A stretch of DNA of 63,712 nucleotides, filler included, from Octopus bimaculoides (lineage: Eukaryota), in NCBI RefSeq assembly GCF_001194135.2. It is 6 parts of 6 records of this genome, joined end to end, with 100 filler letters (N's around TTAATTAATTAA, not from the genome) between each part and the next. Parts side by side here need not be neighbours in the genome. Positions count along the whole stretch, not along the records: positions 1 to 17,397 come from NC_068994.1; 5 more parts are not named here. The stretch is one strand, 5' to 3'. Numbering within the stretch: the first letter of the stretch is position 1; each line of letters starts with the position of its first letter. The notes beneath the pieces are model-generated. The model was not told the DNA's origin. It did not search any database and worked only from the letters and a program-made list of their open reading frames with translations. Shown piece after piece: positions 1-12,511 of this stretch. The translations under genes were made by a program, and so were the position numbers.

Positions 1-34
1 TAAATTGATAAACATTTACCCTTTTAATTTGTAA

Positions 35-114
<80 letters not shown>

Positions 115-222
115 TAGATATATAGATATAGATATATATAGATAGATATAGATATATATGTGTGTGTGTGTATGTATATATATATATATACATATATATG
201 TATGTAATATATATATATATAT

Positions 223-276
<54 letters not shown>

Positions 277-357
277 TCAGGTGAATATGGTACTTAAGTT
301 TAGGCGCCAGAAAAAAGTATGATATTATCCATACATTTTCAAAATATGGTGATTAAA

Positions 358-743
358 ATCAAAATAAGCAACAAGGATATCCAAAGTTAATGCATTACGA
401 TCGTTTCATACGACTCCATTTTAATTAAGCAATGTGAACATTACATCAAATGTAAAATGCAGAGCAATCATCAGCTGCACGAGATATAGAAATTTAAGGA
501 AATTACATTTCAACAGAAGGACATATTTTTATAACTACATTTAAACTCTCCAAGTAGAAAAGAAGAATACAAAATACCATTTTGACTTAGCCAGACCTTA
601 CAAGCTATAAAATTTCTATATCTTTGTGCAGCTGAGGATTGCTCTGCATTTTATATTTGATGTTATGTTCACATTGCTTAATTAACCGGAGTCGCTTGAA
701 ACGATCGTACTGCATTAACTTTGGATATCCTTGTTGCTTATTT

Positions 744-747
<4 letters not shown>
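358..747. mobile_element. MITE-like palindromic element (~138-bp inverted arms)
   Basis: 358-495 (atcaaaataagcaacaaggatatccaaagttaatgca...gatatagaaattt) is the diverged reverse complement of 610-747, with a ~115-bp spacer. The right end runs into (TA)n and no TSD is visible. Confidence 0.8.
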
Positions 748-790
<43 letters not shown>

Positions 791-1084
791 AAGGCGGTGC
801 TCCAGCATGACTCCAGTCAAATGACTGAAACAAATAAAAGAATAAAAGAATATATGTATATAGTTTGACAAACTGCACGTGACGACAAAGATGGTAGACC
901 TAACTATCATTGGAAATAGAGAGTCATGTTTATTCAATGAGACAGTTATGGAGATTCACTTACACAACATCAAGTTTCTGTATGGACGAAGAAGTGTAGC
1001 GGTCATCCTGCATGTGAGTCTCCATAATTGTATCATTCAATATATACATATAGGTAGATAAATAGACATACAGATAGATCATAA

Positions 1085-1700
1085 CTCTTTGATATTGTTC
1101 ATAGCTCGTGCTCTTGAAAATGCGACATATAATTGGCCATGAAAAAATACCGGTTGAAGTAAATGCATTCCAACTTCTTCAAATGTTTGCCCTTGAGCCT
1201 TATTAACTGTCAATGAATATGCAAGTCAAAGTGGAAACTGAAGTCTGTTTAGTGTGAATGGAATATTTGCATCACTTGGACTAAGTTTAATTCTGGGAAT
1301 TAGAACTGTACGGCCTCTGTTGGAGCCTGTTACCAATGATGCCTCTACACAATGTTTATGAAGTCTTTGCACTTTCATGCGAGTTCCATTACATAATCCT
1401 TGACTGATCGAAAGATTTCTTAGCAGCATTACAATAGCCCCTACTTTTAAGTTGAAGTAACGAGGAGGCATACTGGATGGTGTGAGTGAATTTATGAATT
1501 CAAATGGATAGTTCTAAACCTCCTCTTCATTATTGCAGGACACTGAAGCTGTGTTTAAGTACGTTTTAAGTGCCTCTGGTATAATATTAAGAATTTTTTT
1601 TCATTTATTGCAAGACAGTCAGAATTTTTAGGAAATAAAATTGCTCGTTTTTCCATTTCTTCTGACGTGCAGTTGTTGAAAATGTCTGGGTACAAATGTA
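1085..1700 (-). mobile_element. Helitron PIF1-type helicase relic (degenerate)
   Basis: Minus-strand translation gives KRAILFPKN...EFINSLTPSSMPPRYFNLKVGAIVMLLRNLSISQGLCNGTR...IPRIKLSP...RLQFP then TVNKAQGQTFEEVG...HGQLYVAFSRAR. These are the C-terminal motifs of Helitron/PIF1 helicases, with stops and frameshifts. Confidence 0.9.
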
Positions 1701-2156
1701 CAACTTGAAATGCAAAAGAACGAAATAATCAATGGATTTATGAATGAAAGTTTGCTAATTGCATTTATTTCCAGCACAACTAACCTATACTATACACACA
1801 CACACACAAATACATTCAAATATATGTCTCGAGTTGTAGCTGTAATTCAATGGGGCCAGCCTTGTCCAATATTTACTGTCTACGTATCTATGTATCTACT
1901 TCTCCTGCGATGTGGTAAACATTTAAAAACACCAAACGAACGCCGTCACCTCTCACTGTCTCTTTCACTCTCTTTCTCTTTATATCTCACTCTCTCACTT
2001 TCTCTCTCTCTCTTTCTCTTTCTTCCTCTCTGTCCTCCTCTCTCTCGCTTTGCCACTTCTTTGAAGTAAGTGTGACGCACACAACAGGTACATACAAAAA
2101 CAAAAAGTTAGCGTAATAACATTATTGATGATGATGATGATAATAGTAATAATAAC

Positions 2157-2192
<36 letters not shown>

Positions 2193-2197
2193 TTTTT

Positions 2198-2370
2198 AAT
2201 TCTTTATTTCTCACAGGGGAGCTAAACACAGAGGGGCAAACAAAGGGACTAAGTCGATTACATCGACCCCAGTGCGTAACTGGTACTTATTTAATCGACC
2301 CCGAAAGGATGAAAGGCAAAGTCGACCTCGACGGAATTTGAACTCAGAACGTAGCAGACGAAGGAATATG
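2198..2370 (-). mobile_element. SINE family A copy (partial)
   Basis: Reverse complement of the recurrent body ttctgagttcaaattccgtcgaggtcgactttgcctttcatcctttcggggtcgat...aagtaccag, next to an (AAT)n tract. Confidence 0.8.
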
Positions 2371-2439
2371 CTCTGACCATTCAACAACCGAAGGAATATG
2401 CTCTGACCATTCAGCAGCCGAAGACACAGAAACACTAAA

Positions 2440-2950
2440 ATAACTCCAAAAGACTGGAATATCTACAATTTCCTGTGAGTATTTAAAATCTCCCTCAAAA
2501 TAAGTTAAGAAGCTTACATATCTACAGTTTTCGAACACACAAACGATCAGCTTTAAAAAAACTTTAATATTTACAACTTCTGTGAATACCTATCCTTTCC
2601 TTTCTCCCTGAGTATTCGAAAACGTAAACATCCTTTTTATTTTAAGAACACTACAATTTTCTCTGTGCGGACATAGAAAAGATCATATTTAGTAAATCTT
2701 AAAACTTTACTATCTACAACTTTCTGTGAAAATGTTACCCTCCTTTTCTTTTCTTTTCTCTCTCCCTGTGTATTCGAAAATGTAAACATTTTTTTCATTG
2801 CCAAAAACAATACTGTATTCTCCAACTGGATAGACAAACGAAATTTTCTAGAAAACTTATATATTAAATTTTGTGTGAAAATTTTTTTATCTTTCTATTC
2901 TCCTTGACTACCCAAATATGTAAACATACTTTTTATTGCAACAACACAGT
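2440..2950. repeat. Degenerate tandem array, unit about 140-150 bp
   Basis: The motif tacaact(t)tctgtgaa...ctccctg(a/t)gtattcgaaaa(c/t)gtaaacat...tttt recurs near 2575, 2715 and 2865, with a weaker copy near 2463. Confidence 0.6.
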
Positions 2951-2994
2951 TGAATTCAGAAATTCAAAAATTCAACGACGTGAATATCAGTATA

Positions 2995-3568
2995 GGCACT
3001 ATCATGCTATTAGCTGTCAGAAATGAAAGTGCTCACTTCCTGCTAGTGAAGTATCTGTCTGTCTTCCTGTCTGCCTGCATGCTTGTTGCTGGCCTGTCGA
3101 TTCTTTGGCCACTGACAGCTAATACCATGACTGGCCGGAGCGAGCTATATGTCTGTCTGTCTCTCTATCTAACTATCTATTACTCGAAAGTTCGCGCGTC
3201 CACGCTAGCTAGTCGTGAGTAGAAAACACAAATTTAATATAAAAACATATTTCCTGAAATTGCAAATTATTTAAAATATAAAAATATAATTTTCAACAGA
3301 GAGAATTTATCAAAATAGAAAACAAATGAAGTCTGAAGTTTAAAAATAATATGATCGACCACTCACGACTAGCTAGCGCGAACTTTCGAGTAATAGATAG
3401 ATAGACAGATAGATAGAGACAGACAGACATAAAGCTCGCTCCGGCCAGTCATGGTATTAGCTGTCAGTAGCCAAAGAATCGACAGGCCAGCAACAGGCAT
3501 GCAGGCAGACACTTCACTAGCAGGCAGTGAGCACTTTCACTTCTGACAGCTAATAGCATGATAGTGCC
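2995..3568. mobile_element. Non-autonomous DNA transposon (MITE) with ~220-bp TIRs and 8-bp TSD, Merlin-like termini
   Basis: Arms 2995-3220 and 3361-3568 are reverse complements with termini GGCACT...AGTGCC. Identical TCAGTATA flanks it at 2987-2994 and 3569-3576. Confidence 0.85.
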
Positions 3569-4436
3569 TCAGTATATACATATATTATTATTGCTTTTCT
3601 ACCAGTAATTACAAATAGAACAAGGTGAATTGCTTCTTTTCAAGGCCAAGGTCAGCGCTCACAGTGGTCGCTGGTAGTAGTATACACATTTGACCTCTGC
3701 TGATACAAAGAGTGCGAAGATTTTTTTGTCTTCTATTGCTAATCTCCTCACCATCTGCCGAATCTATTTATAGACCTGTAGGATTTGATCTATTCACCAA
3801 GCTGCTACCCAACTATTTCCTTCAACAACCACATATTTATGATTATCTCAAGTACAAGACAAAAGTTGAAAATGCAGAACATTTAATAAAATCTTTTAAT
3901 AATAAATGGAAATAGTAATAATGATAATAACAATGGTAGTAGTGGTGATGGTGATAATGGTAAAAATGAAAAATAATAATAATATGCTGCAGGTGCTAAT
4001 ACTACAAATACTACTATTATGATAGTACAGGAATCTGAGGTTCATCTACCACTACTACCATCCCCACCCCCACTACTGTTGCTGTTGCTGCTACTACACA
4101 TAGATACAACAATAAAGACAGTAATTGACAACGGCGATAGAAGACTGAAGAGCCTGTTCACCGAAGAAGATTACAAGTGTACAATGCACTCTCTGGAAAG
4201 TCGTTCTGCATGACAGAAGGAGTAGTTACATCTCATTTAAATTACAACTAACATCGCTGAGGAAGGCCAAATCAAATAGTGTAATTTTCTATTCGACTGT
4301 CCATGTGAACAGCGCTGGAAATTGGTGCCACTCCTGTCCTGCATAGGCCTGTGTAATCTCTGAGTCTGTTAATATAGCAATGACAAATAGTAAAAAAATA
4401 AAAACAATAACATCAGTGATATCAGTGATGATGATG

Positions 4437-4490
<54 letters not shown>

Positions 4491-4871
4491 NNNNNNNNNN
4501 NNNNNNNNNNNNNNNNNNNNNNNNNNNNNNNNNNNNNNNNNNNNNNNNNNNNNNNNNNNNNNNNNNNNNNNNNNNNNNNNNNNNNNNNNNNNNNNNNNNN
4601 NNNNNNNNNNNNNNNNNNNNNNNNNNNNNNNNNNNNNNNNNNNNNNNNNNNNNNNNNNNNNNNNNNNNNNNNNNNNNNNNNNNNNNNNNNNNNNNNNNNN
4701 NNNNNNNNNNNNNNNNNNNNNNNNNNNNNNNNNNNNNNNNNNNNNNNNNNNNNNNNNNNNNNNNNNNNNNNNNNNNNNNNNNNNNNNNNNNNNNNNNNNN
4801 NNNNNNNNNNNNNNNNNNNNNNNNNNNNNNNNNNNNNNNNNNNNNNNNNNNNNNNNNNNNNNNNNNNNNNN

Positions 4872-5179
4872 AAAATACAAAGACCTGGAAATAGAGATAA
4901 CTCGAATGTGGAATCTAAAAACAGAAACAATTCCTATCATAGTAGGTGCCTTAGGTATAATAAAAAAATATTCAGACAAATACATAACAAAAACACCAGG
5001 ACTTACAAATATATATAACATACAGAAAATTGCACTACTGGGTACTGCACACATTCTACGCAAAACACTTTCAATACAGTAAACATAAGAGCACCACAGC
5101 AAACCACAGCACATACCCAAGGCGCACAGAGCTGCGCTCGGTAGTGAAGTGAAAGTACGTTATAAAAATAAAACTACTG
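4872..5179 (+). mobile_element. R4/Dong-type LINE 3' end (RLE C-terminus plus 3' UTR), subfamily 2
   Basis: KYKDLEIEITRMWNLKTETIPIIVGALG...IQKIALLGTAHILRKTLSIQ*, followed by (TAA)n. Near-identical to 20191-20498. Confidence 0.9.
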
Positions 5180-5199
5180 AATAATAATAATAATAATAA

Positions 5200-8100
5200 T
5201 GAAAGGAAGCGGGTGGAGTTTCCCCATATCCTAATTAAGGATACATCTAGTGATGGTGTCACAGTAAAAACACTGGTAATTACGCAACCTGATAATCGCT
5301 ACCTCATATGAGTGACAATGAAAAAACAAAGTATTGTGAATAACGGTGGTAATGAAACTGAAGTCAATGACGGTNNNNNNNNNNTTGTGAATAACGGTGG
5401 TAATGAAACTGAAGTCAATGACGGTGACAGAGTTGCACTCGGTAGGCTCAGAGATTCTGGTCCGGCTCCAGCCTGTCGATATCCAGAAAGAGACAACGAC
5501 ACACGGCGTAGATGGAGAAAGCAAATTGATGCTGTGGTCATGGAGTGTTACTACCTGAGCAACCCGGTAGATGGAAATGGTGCTCAAATTAGAGGTTACC
5601 GACAAAGTATGTATTATCATTGGAGAGAAAAGGGATTGTTTCAACTGAAAAGGAAGTATAATATTGAAAGAAAGGGCCTGAAAATGGTAATGGAGGAACT
5701 GAAACAGCGCCTCCTTGCAAAGAAAGCAAAGATGGTAAGATACGACCAAAGAATGAAGGGTTTCCACCAGAATAGGTTATTCAGAGTAGATCAGAAGAGA
5801 TTCTATAAAGAAATAAATAGAGAGTATACAGATGAAAAGGTGGTACCAGATAACACTGAAAGTCAAAGATTTTGGAGTGACATCTGGAGCAAAGACAAGG
5901 AGCACAAGAAGGATGCTGAATGGTTGCAAGAACTGAAACAAACAGTAGTCTGTCCAAGACAAGCAGGACTAGTCATTTCAGTTATGGAAGTGAAAGAAAT
6001 CAGCAAAACAAATGAACAACTGGAAGACCCCGGGACCAGATAGAGTTCAAGTCTACTGGATCAAAATATTTGGTGAATGTCATGCACGAATAGCTGCACA
6101 ACTCAACACCTTGTTAAATGCCGACTAAGTAACATCAGAATGGTCGACATTGGGTAGGACAGTGCTGTGCTTGAAAAACATCGAAAAAGGCAATACGGTA
6201 GACAATTACAGGCCGATATCCAGTTTGCCACTTATGTGGAAACTATTGACTGGAATACTTGCAGAGTCAATGTACGAACATCTCGAAAAAATGGAGTCCT
6301 GCCACATGACCAGAAGGGTTGGAAGCGTAAGTGCAAAGGTACCAAGGATCAACTTCTAATAGACAAAACTGTACTTAGTGACTGCTAGAGGAGGAAAAGT
6401 AACTTAACCATGTCATAGATCGACTATCGTAAGGCGTACGATGTGATCCCACATTCTTGGATGATGGAATGTATGAACCTATTTGGTATTGCATCGAATG
6501 TTGAGCGATTGCTTGGGAAAAGTATGGCGAATTGGAGGACGGACCTGACAGCATACGGAAGAGGTTTAAGGACAGTAGAAATCAGGAGGTGCATCTTCCA
6601 AGGGGACTGCCTGTCCCCACTGATTTTTGTACTGTACTTGATACCACTAACACTGATTCTGAGGAAAGCAAAGGCTGGGTATGTATTCAAAAGCCGTCAA
6701 CAAAAAGTCAACCATTTGTTATTCTTGGAGGACCTCAAACGTTATGGTAAAGATGAATCCCAAGTCAGTTCCCTCGTTGATATGGTGTATACCTTCAGTG
6801 CTGATATCAGAATGGAGTTTGGACTGAGAAAGTGTGGTGTGTTAGTCTTGAAGAGAGGCAAAATCAAATCTATGGACGGGCTAACGATACCGTCGGGGGA
6901 GGTTATGAAGCAGATAGAAGAGACGGGCTATAAGTACTTGGGAATTTTGGAAATCGATAAAGTGATGGAGAAAGAAATGAAAGAAAAATTTAAGGCGGAG
7001 TACTTGCGCAGACTGAGACTAATCCTTAAGCCGAAATTAAACGGACGGAATAAGATTGAAGCTATCAACACCCGGGCAGTTTCACTCCTTATATATGGAG
7101 CATGGGTAATCAAATGGACTGTAGACGAGCTAAACAGCTTAGACAGCAAGACAAGGAAGTGGCTAACAAGATATGTGACACTCCACCCAAAAAGTGACAC
7201 AGACAGACTGTATGTACCAAGAAAAATAAGGGGAAGAGGACTTACTGGATGCGAACACAGCATTAGAGCAGAAGAAAACAACTTAGCATGGTATTTAAAA
7301 AATGCCACAGAACCACTATTATTAGAGGTAAGAAAGTCAGGCTGGTGTACGATGAAAGATTGCAAAGATAAAGCACTGTACAAGCAAGTGAAAACAAATA
7401 AAACTGAAAATAGGTGGGTAAAGAAAAGAATGCATGGACAATTTCATAGGGATGTTGAAGATAAACCAGACAGAGGAAAAAGGTGGCTGTGGATGACTAA
7501 AATGGTTTAAAACCGGAAACGGAGGCTCTAATTTGTGCTGCCCAAGAGCAAGCACTAAGAACATATTACATAAAATACAGAATAGACAACACATCAGAAA
7601 GTGATAAGTGCAGAATTTGTGGAAAAAATGGTGAAACCGTATGGCATATTACTAGCCAACATACGCCACTAGCTCAGAAGGAATATGAGACGCCACGACA
7701 ATATAGCAAGGCTTGTCCATTGGACACTTTGCAACAAGTATGGACTAGACAGAGCCAAAAATTGGTACGACCGCAAACCCGAAGGCATCATCGAAAATGA
7801 TAATGCAAAGATCCTATGGGATTTTATGATTCAGTGCGATCATGAGATAGAGATTAGGAAACTAGACATAGTCTTAATTGAGAAAGAAAGCAAACTATAC
7901 TGGGTCATAGATATAGCATGCCCAGCTGACAACAAGGTATGCGATNNNNNNNNNNAGTCTTAATTGAGAAAGAAAGCAAACTATACTGGGTCATAGATAT
8001 AGCATGCCCAGCTGACAACAAGGTATGCGATAAGGAAGAAAGAAAAGTCGATAAATATGACAGGTTAGCTTGGGCGGTTAAGCAGTTGTGGTCGATGAAA

Positions 8101-8340
8101 AAGGTGGTAGTAGTAGTACCAATAATTATCGGAGCCCTGAAAACAGTGACTAAAAATCTTGAGAAGTACATGGAACAAATAGGGGCTGCAATAAGAGTGG
8201 AGCACTTGCAGAAAACAGCCCTGCTTGGAACTGCCCGAATACTCCGGAACGTGCTCGAAAATTAAGGTGTTACATTAGTTCACTGGTAGTGAACAGCTGA
8301 CACCGTAGTACATCTCCAGCATTAAAAGCTGTGCAAAGCA
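5200..8340 (+). mobile_element. Near full-length, decayed R4/Dong-clade non-LTR retrotransposon (RT, CCHC-like knuckle, restriction-like endonuclease)
   Basis: N-terminus VVMECYYLSNP...GYRQSM. RT motifs [64 protein letters not shown]. Then CRICGKNGETVWHI and RHDNIARLVHW...ILWDF...DIVLI...VIDIACP...K..KY...LLGTARILR*. Multiple stops and frameshifts; (TAA)n on both sides. Confidence 0.93.
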
Positions 8341-8352
8341 ATAATAATAATG

Positions 8353-8409
<57 letters not shown>

Positions 8410-8770
8410 GCGAGGTGATTTGAAGCGTACTACCGAAAGCCTGATCATTGATGCATAAGACCTGGCTCTCGCTACCAGTTCAGTGAACTATAACATCTAT
8501 TAAACTTGACACTCAGAATTGCAGACTCTGTGGAAAGAGGGTGGAAAATGCGACCCACTTGGTAAGTGGATGTGAAAACCTTGCACAAAAAGGATACAAG
8601 CACCGCCACGATAAAGTGTGTGTATATCTTCATTGGCTGTTATGTCGTAAATACCAATATGAAGTAACAGAGAACTGGTATGAACATGTACCAAGTAAAG
8701 TTATGCAGGAGGATGGAAAAGAAACGACACTCTGGGACAACGATTTTCAGATGGAACATTTCAAGTGAAT
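8410..8770 (+). mobile_element. R4/Dong-type LINE internal fragment (knuckle region)
   Basis: ENATHLVSGCENLAQKGYKHRHDKVCVYLHWLLCRKY...WYEHVP...LWD, homologous to the 7600-7820 region. Begins directly after a (TAA)n tract. Confidence 0.85.
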
Positions 8771-9639
8771 GGAATAAATATTTCGTAAGTTATGAGGAAA
8801 TAAAGAATCTTCCAAATTGCAGCAGCCAAAATTTAAGGGTCACTCAGAAAAACTGAACTACTAGCCGAAGTATTTGTTGTTTAGAAGACTGTTAATGGGC
8901 TAACAGAGATTGGAGCAATATCGAGAATAACCAGCCGAAATTGCAAAGATAATCTGGATCTCGACTGAGGAAAGAAAACTCCGAATGACCTGTCCTTGTT
9001 TTCTTTGTATCGTCTATCTGGATGTTTTGTTGTCCTTTTCTTGTATCACCTAACTGTCTGGTTGTTTCGTGTTCTTGTCCCATTTTGTATTTATATATAT
9101 ATATATNNNNNNNNNNNNNNNNNNNNNNNNNNNNNNNNNNNNNNNNNNNNNNNNNNNNNNNNNNNNNNNNNNNNNNNNNNNNNNNNNNNNNNNNNNNNNN
9201 NNNNNNNNNNNNNNNNNNNNNNNNNNNNNNNNNNNNNNNNNNNNNNNNNNNNNNNNNNNNNNNNNNNNNNNNNNNNNNNNNNNNNNNNNNNNNNNNNNNN
9301 NNNNNNNNNNNNNNNNNNNNNNNNNNNNNNNNNNNNNNNNNNNNNNNNNNNNNNNNNNNNNNNNNNNNNNNNNNNNNNNNNNNNNNNNNNNNNNNNNNNN
9401 NNNNNNNNNNNNNNNNNNNNNNNNNNNNNNNNNNNNNNNNNNNNNNNNNNNNNNNNNNNNNNNNNNNNNNNNNNNNNNNNATATATATATATATATATAG
9501 TACCGCCACATTTAGTTAGCAAATACATTTTACGATTCCGTACTGTTACTGTTTATCTCTCGCTCAGTGATTTAATATAACTTATCTCTCTCTTTACGAG
9601 ATCAGCGACAATGTGACGTTGGCCTGCTGGAGGAGATGT

Positions 9640-10535
9640 CTTCCGGGGGCTAAAATCAACAGTAATACCGTCCTATTTCAGAAAATAACAATGACAGGCT
9701 CTATCCTTACCAAAGAAACGAAACGGTATTCCGTGATTGTGGCTTTGAAGGTCAAGCGTGGAGATTTAGAAATTCCTCGTTTTCTGAAAGTTGCAGGATC
9801 TTACGTCCACAAGATTCGGTGTGAGTTAGAGAAAGAAGATAGAAGCGTATCACCTGTATCAAAACGTATAAAACATTCCAAACGTTCTGATTCTATAAGG
9901 ACACCTGAATCTATTCAGGAAGTTAAGCAAAACATTGAAGATGTTTCGTGTGTCAGAAAAATCAATCAGAAATGTTGTGCATGAAGACATCAAATACAAA
10001 TCTTACGTGATGAGGAGAGTTCAATTTCTGTCAGAAAAAAATACAAAAGAAAACTGTTTTATTAGATCCAAAAGACTTTTGAACAAACTTAAAACTCCAT
10101 CAGAAGATTGTGTGATTTGGTTTTTCTCAGATGAGAAAAACTTTGACCAGGACCAGAATACTAACAGAAGAAATGACAGACGGCTAGGTGCAGACCCTTC
10201 TGAGGTTCCAAGAGCACTTCACACAAATTCCCCTGCAAGTGTCATGGTTTAGGGTGTTGTCAGCAATGAAGGACATGTGATGTCTCCACTTTTTTCCACA
10301 AGGCCTTAAGATGAATACTGTTGTGTATATTGAGGTTCTGGATAAAGTTGCTAAGCCTTGGATCAACAATCTATGCACAAGGCTCAAATAACACAAGAAC
10401 GGATGACCGACAATTTGCATGATCACATCACTCCCAACATTTGGCCTCCTGATTCTCCAGATCCCAATTCACTGGACTATTATGTATGAAGCATCGTTGA
10501 GAAAAATGTCAATGAACACTCCCATAACACCAATT
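9640..10535 (+). mobile_element. Tc1/mariner transposase relic (DDxD, maT-like motifs)
   Basis: RKIN...HEDIKYKSY, WFFSDEKNF, PASVMV*GVVSNEG, EVLDKVAKPWI, IWPPDSPDPNSLDYYV. Frameshifted, and the region around the second catalytic D is deleted. Confidence 0.85.
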
Positions 10536-10689
10536 TTTTTNNNNNNNNNNNNNNNNNNNNNNNNNNNNNNNNNNNNNNNNNNNNNNNNNNNNNNNNNNNN
10601 NNNNNNNNNNNNNNNNNNNNNNNNNNNNNNNNNNNNNNNNATGCTGTTGATTCCTTTGCTTCGCTGGTGAATTGTTGTACTATCATTCT

Positions 10690-10805
10690 GTAGACTATGG
10701 GAAACAGAATCCGAGGCTTTGTGCAATCTTATGCTGGCTAAGTCCAACCTCAGATTGACCTACAATACACCCTCTTTGAACATCAAACAACTCTTTTGCT
10801 TCTAG
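10690..10805 (-). mobile_element. Tc1-like transposase N-terminal relic
   Basis: Minus-strand [28 protein letters not shown] resembles the Tc1 first-helix/HTH start. Confidence 0.55.
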
Positions 10806-10925
10806 TGTTCGCCGAAGTATGGCTAGTTGCTATAAACTATTGTATTGACTACTGTGTTGAATCAGAAGTTTTGCAATATCTTAATAACTTATTTGCTTTA
10901 TCCCTCAAGTTACAACAAAAGCAAC

Positions 10926-11072
10926 CTAGCATTCAAAGTGGAGGCCATCGTGTTGCACCGTCTGAAGCTACATTTCTGCCTGCTCTTTGATTCCGCACTG
11001 ATACCAGTTCTTGCCCTTCAAGGTGAAGACCTCTTTCACTGAAGCTTCCACATCTTCTTGGTTGATGAAGCG
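10926..11072 (-). mobile_element. mariner transposase C-terminal relic
   Basis: Minus-strand RFINQEDVEASVKEVFTLKGKNWYQCGIKEQAEM*LQTVQHDGLHFEC* is a typical mariner C-terminus. Confidence 0.75.
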
Positions 11073-12454
11073 TCGTGAGCACGTGTTTTCGAGTTTAGTC
11101 CTACGTTTCTTCGGTAACTGTCTTCTATCGTCTCTTCGAACCAGTTAATGTCTTGAATTTGGTTCCCGGGACTGAGTGTGAATCAAAGCAATATTTGATT
11201 GCCGGAAGCTTCTGTTCTGATTATACACTATTTTTTCTAACTATTCGTTTTGTTATATGGATGTTATTGTCTAATTTGTAGAAGTTCAGGTCCTGTGTGA
11301 AAGAATAGATATTTTATCGACTTCCTAACTTTCCTGATGTCGGAATAAAGTCGCTTCTTGTAAGAGTAAGAGTCCTCGCAGATTTTAATTTATTTTGGTT
11401 ATTTCTCCTCTTTTATGAGGTCGGATTCAAAGAGTTCTAAAGCTTTAATACTTAGCTCGCATTTTGTTAACATAGTGGTGTTTAGATTTTGGTATCAGTT
11501 CCATCGCATTACGACAGATGATATCCTCAAACTTCTCGAGCAATTGTATTGTGCATATCTAGTTGATCCGTGTCGGAATGTTATACAACTCCCTATTGTA
11601 TGTAATATTATTTCTGGTCATGAAAGTGCGAAATATCAGAAGTTTCGACTTCTCGGATATACTATATACACACCGAGAATGAAATTTTGAGAAAACTTAT
11701 ATACAGGTTAACTATTCACAGACAGATATGTATTTAGCAGGTTGCGGTCGCGGCGGTAGTTGATTCCATTACCACAATAAGTGCTTCTAGAAGTGCTTAC
11801 ATTTGCAAAATCGCATTTTATTTTTTTTCCACTTTTTTAAATTGTTCATTTCTTCAAAGGTTTCTTTACAATCTTCTTTCTGTTTACATTTTTATTACAG
11901 TTTTTTTTTCTTTTTTTTTTTCAATCTCCATTCCCTTTATCACGTCTCATATAGGTATGAACACATCAAATCTGCAGCTTTTCTTTCAGCGCCGCTTTAA
12001 CTTCTATATACTCTATTTAGTTCTTTGTGATANNNNNNNNNNNNNNNNNNNNNNNNNNNNNNNNNNNNNNNNNNNNNNNNNNNNNNNNNNNNNNNNNNNN
12101 NNNNNNNNNNNNNNNNNNNNNNNNNNNNNNNNNNNNNNNNNNNNNNNNNNNNNNNNNNNNNNNNNNNNNNNNNNNNNNNNNNNNNNNNNNNNNNNNNNNN
12201 NNNNNNNNNNNNNNNNNNNNNNNNNNNNNNNNNNNNNNNNNNNNNNNNNNNNNNNNNNNNNNNNNNNNNNNNNNNNNNNNNNNNNNNNNNNNNNNNNNNN
12301 NNNNNNNNNNNNNNNNCAAGTGTATGGATGCATATGTGCATGTAAGAATATATGCGTGTAAGTGTGGTACTACATATATTTGTAAATATACATCTGTGTT
12401 TGTATGTGTTGTACCATCTGTATTTGTATGTATACATTGTGGGGCACGTATATG

Positions 12455-12511
<57 letters not shown>

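Noticed and set aside
3712-3915. 67-aa ORF with a signal-peptide-like start (MRRFFCLLLLISSPSAES...)
   Set aside because: It has a GTG start, is short, has no recognisable homology or splice context, and is expected by chance.
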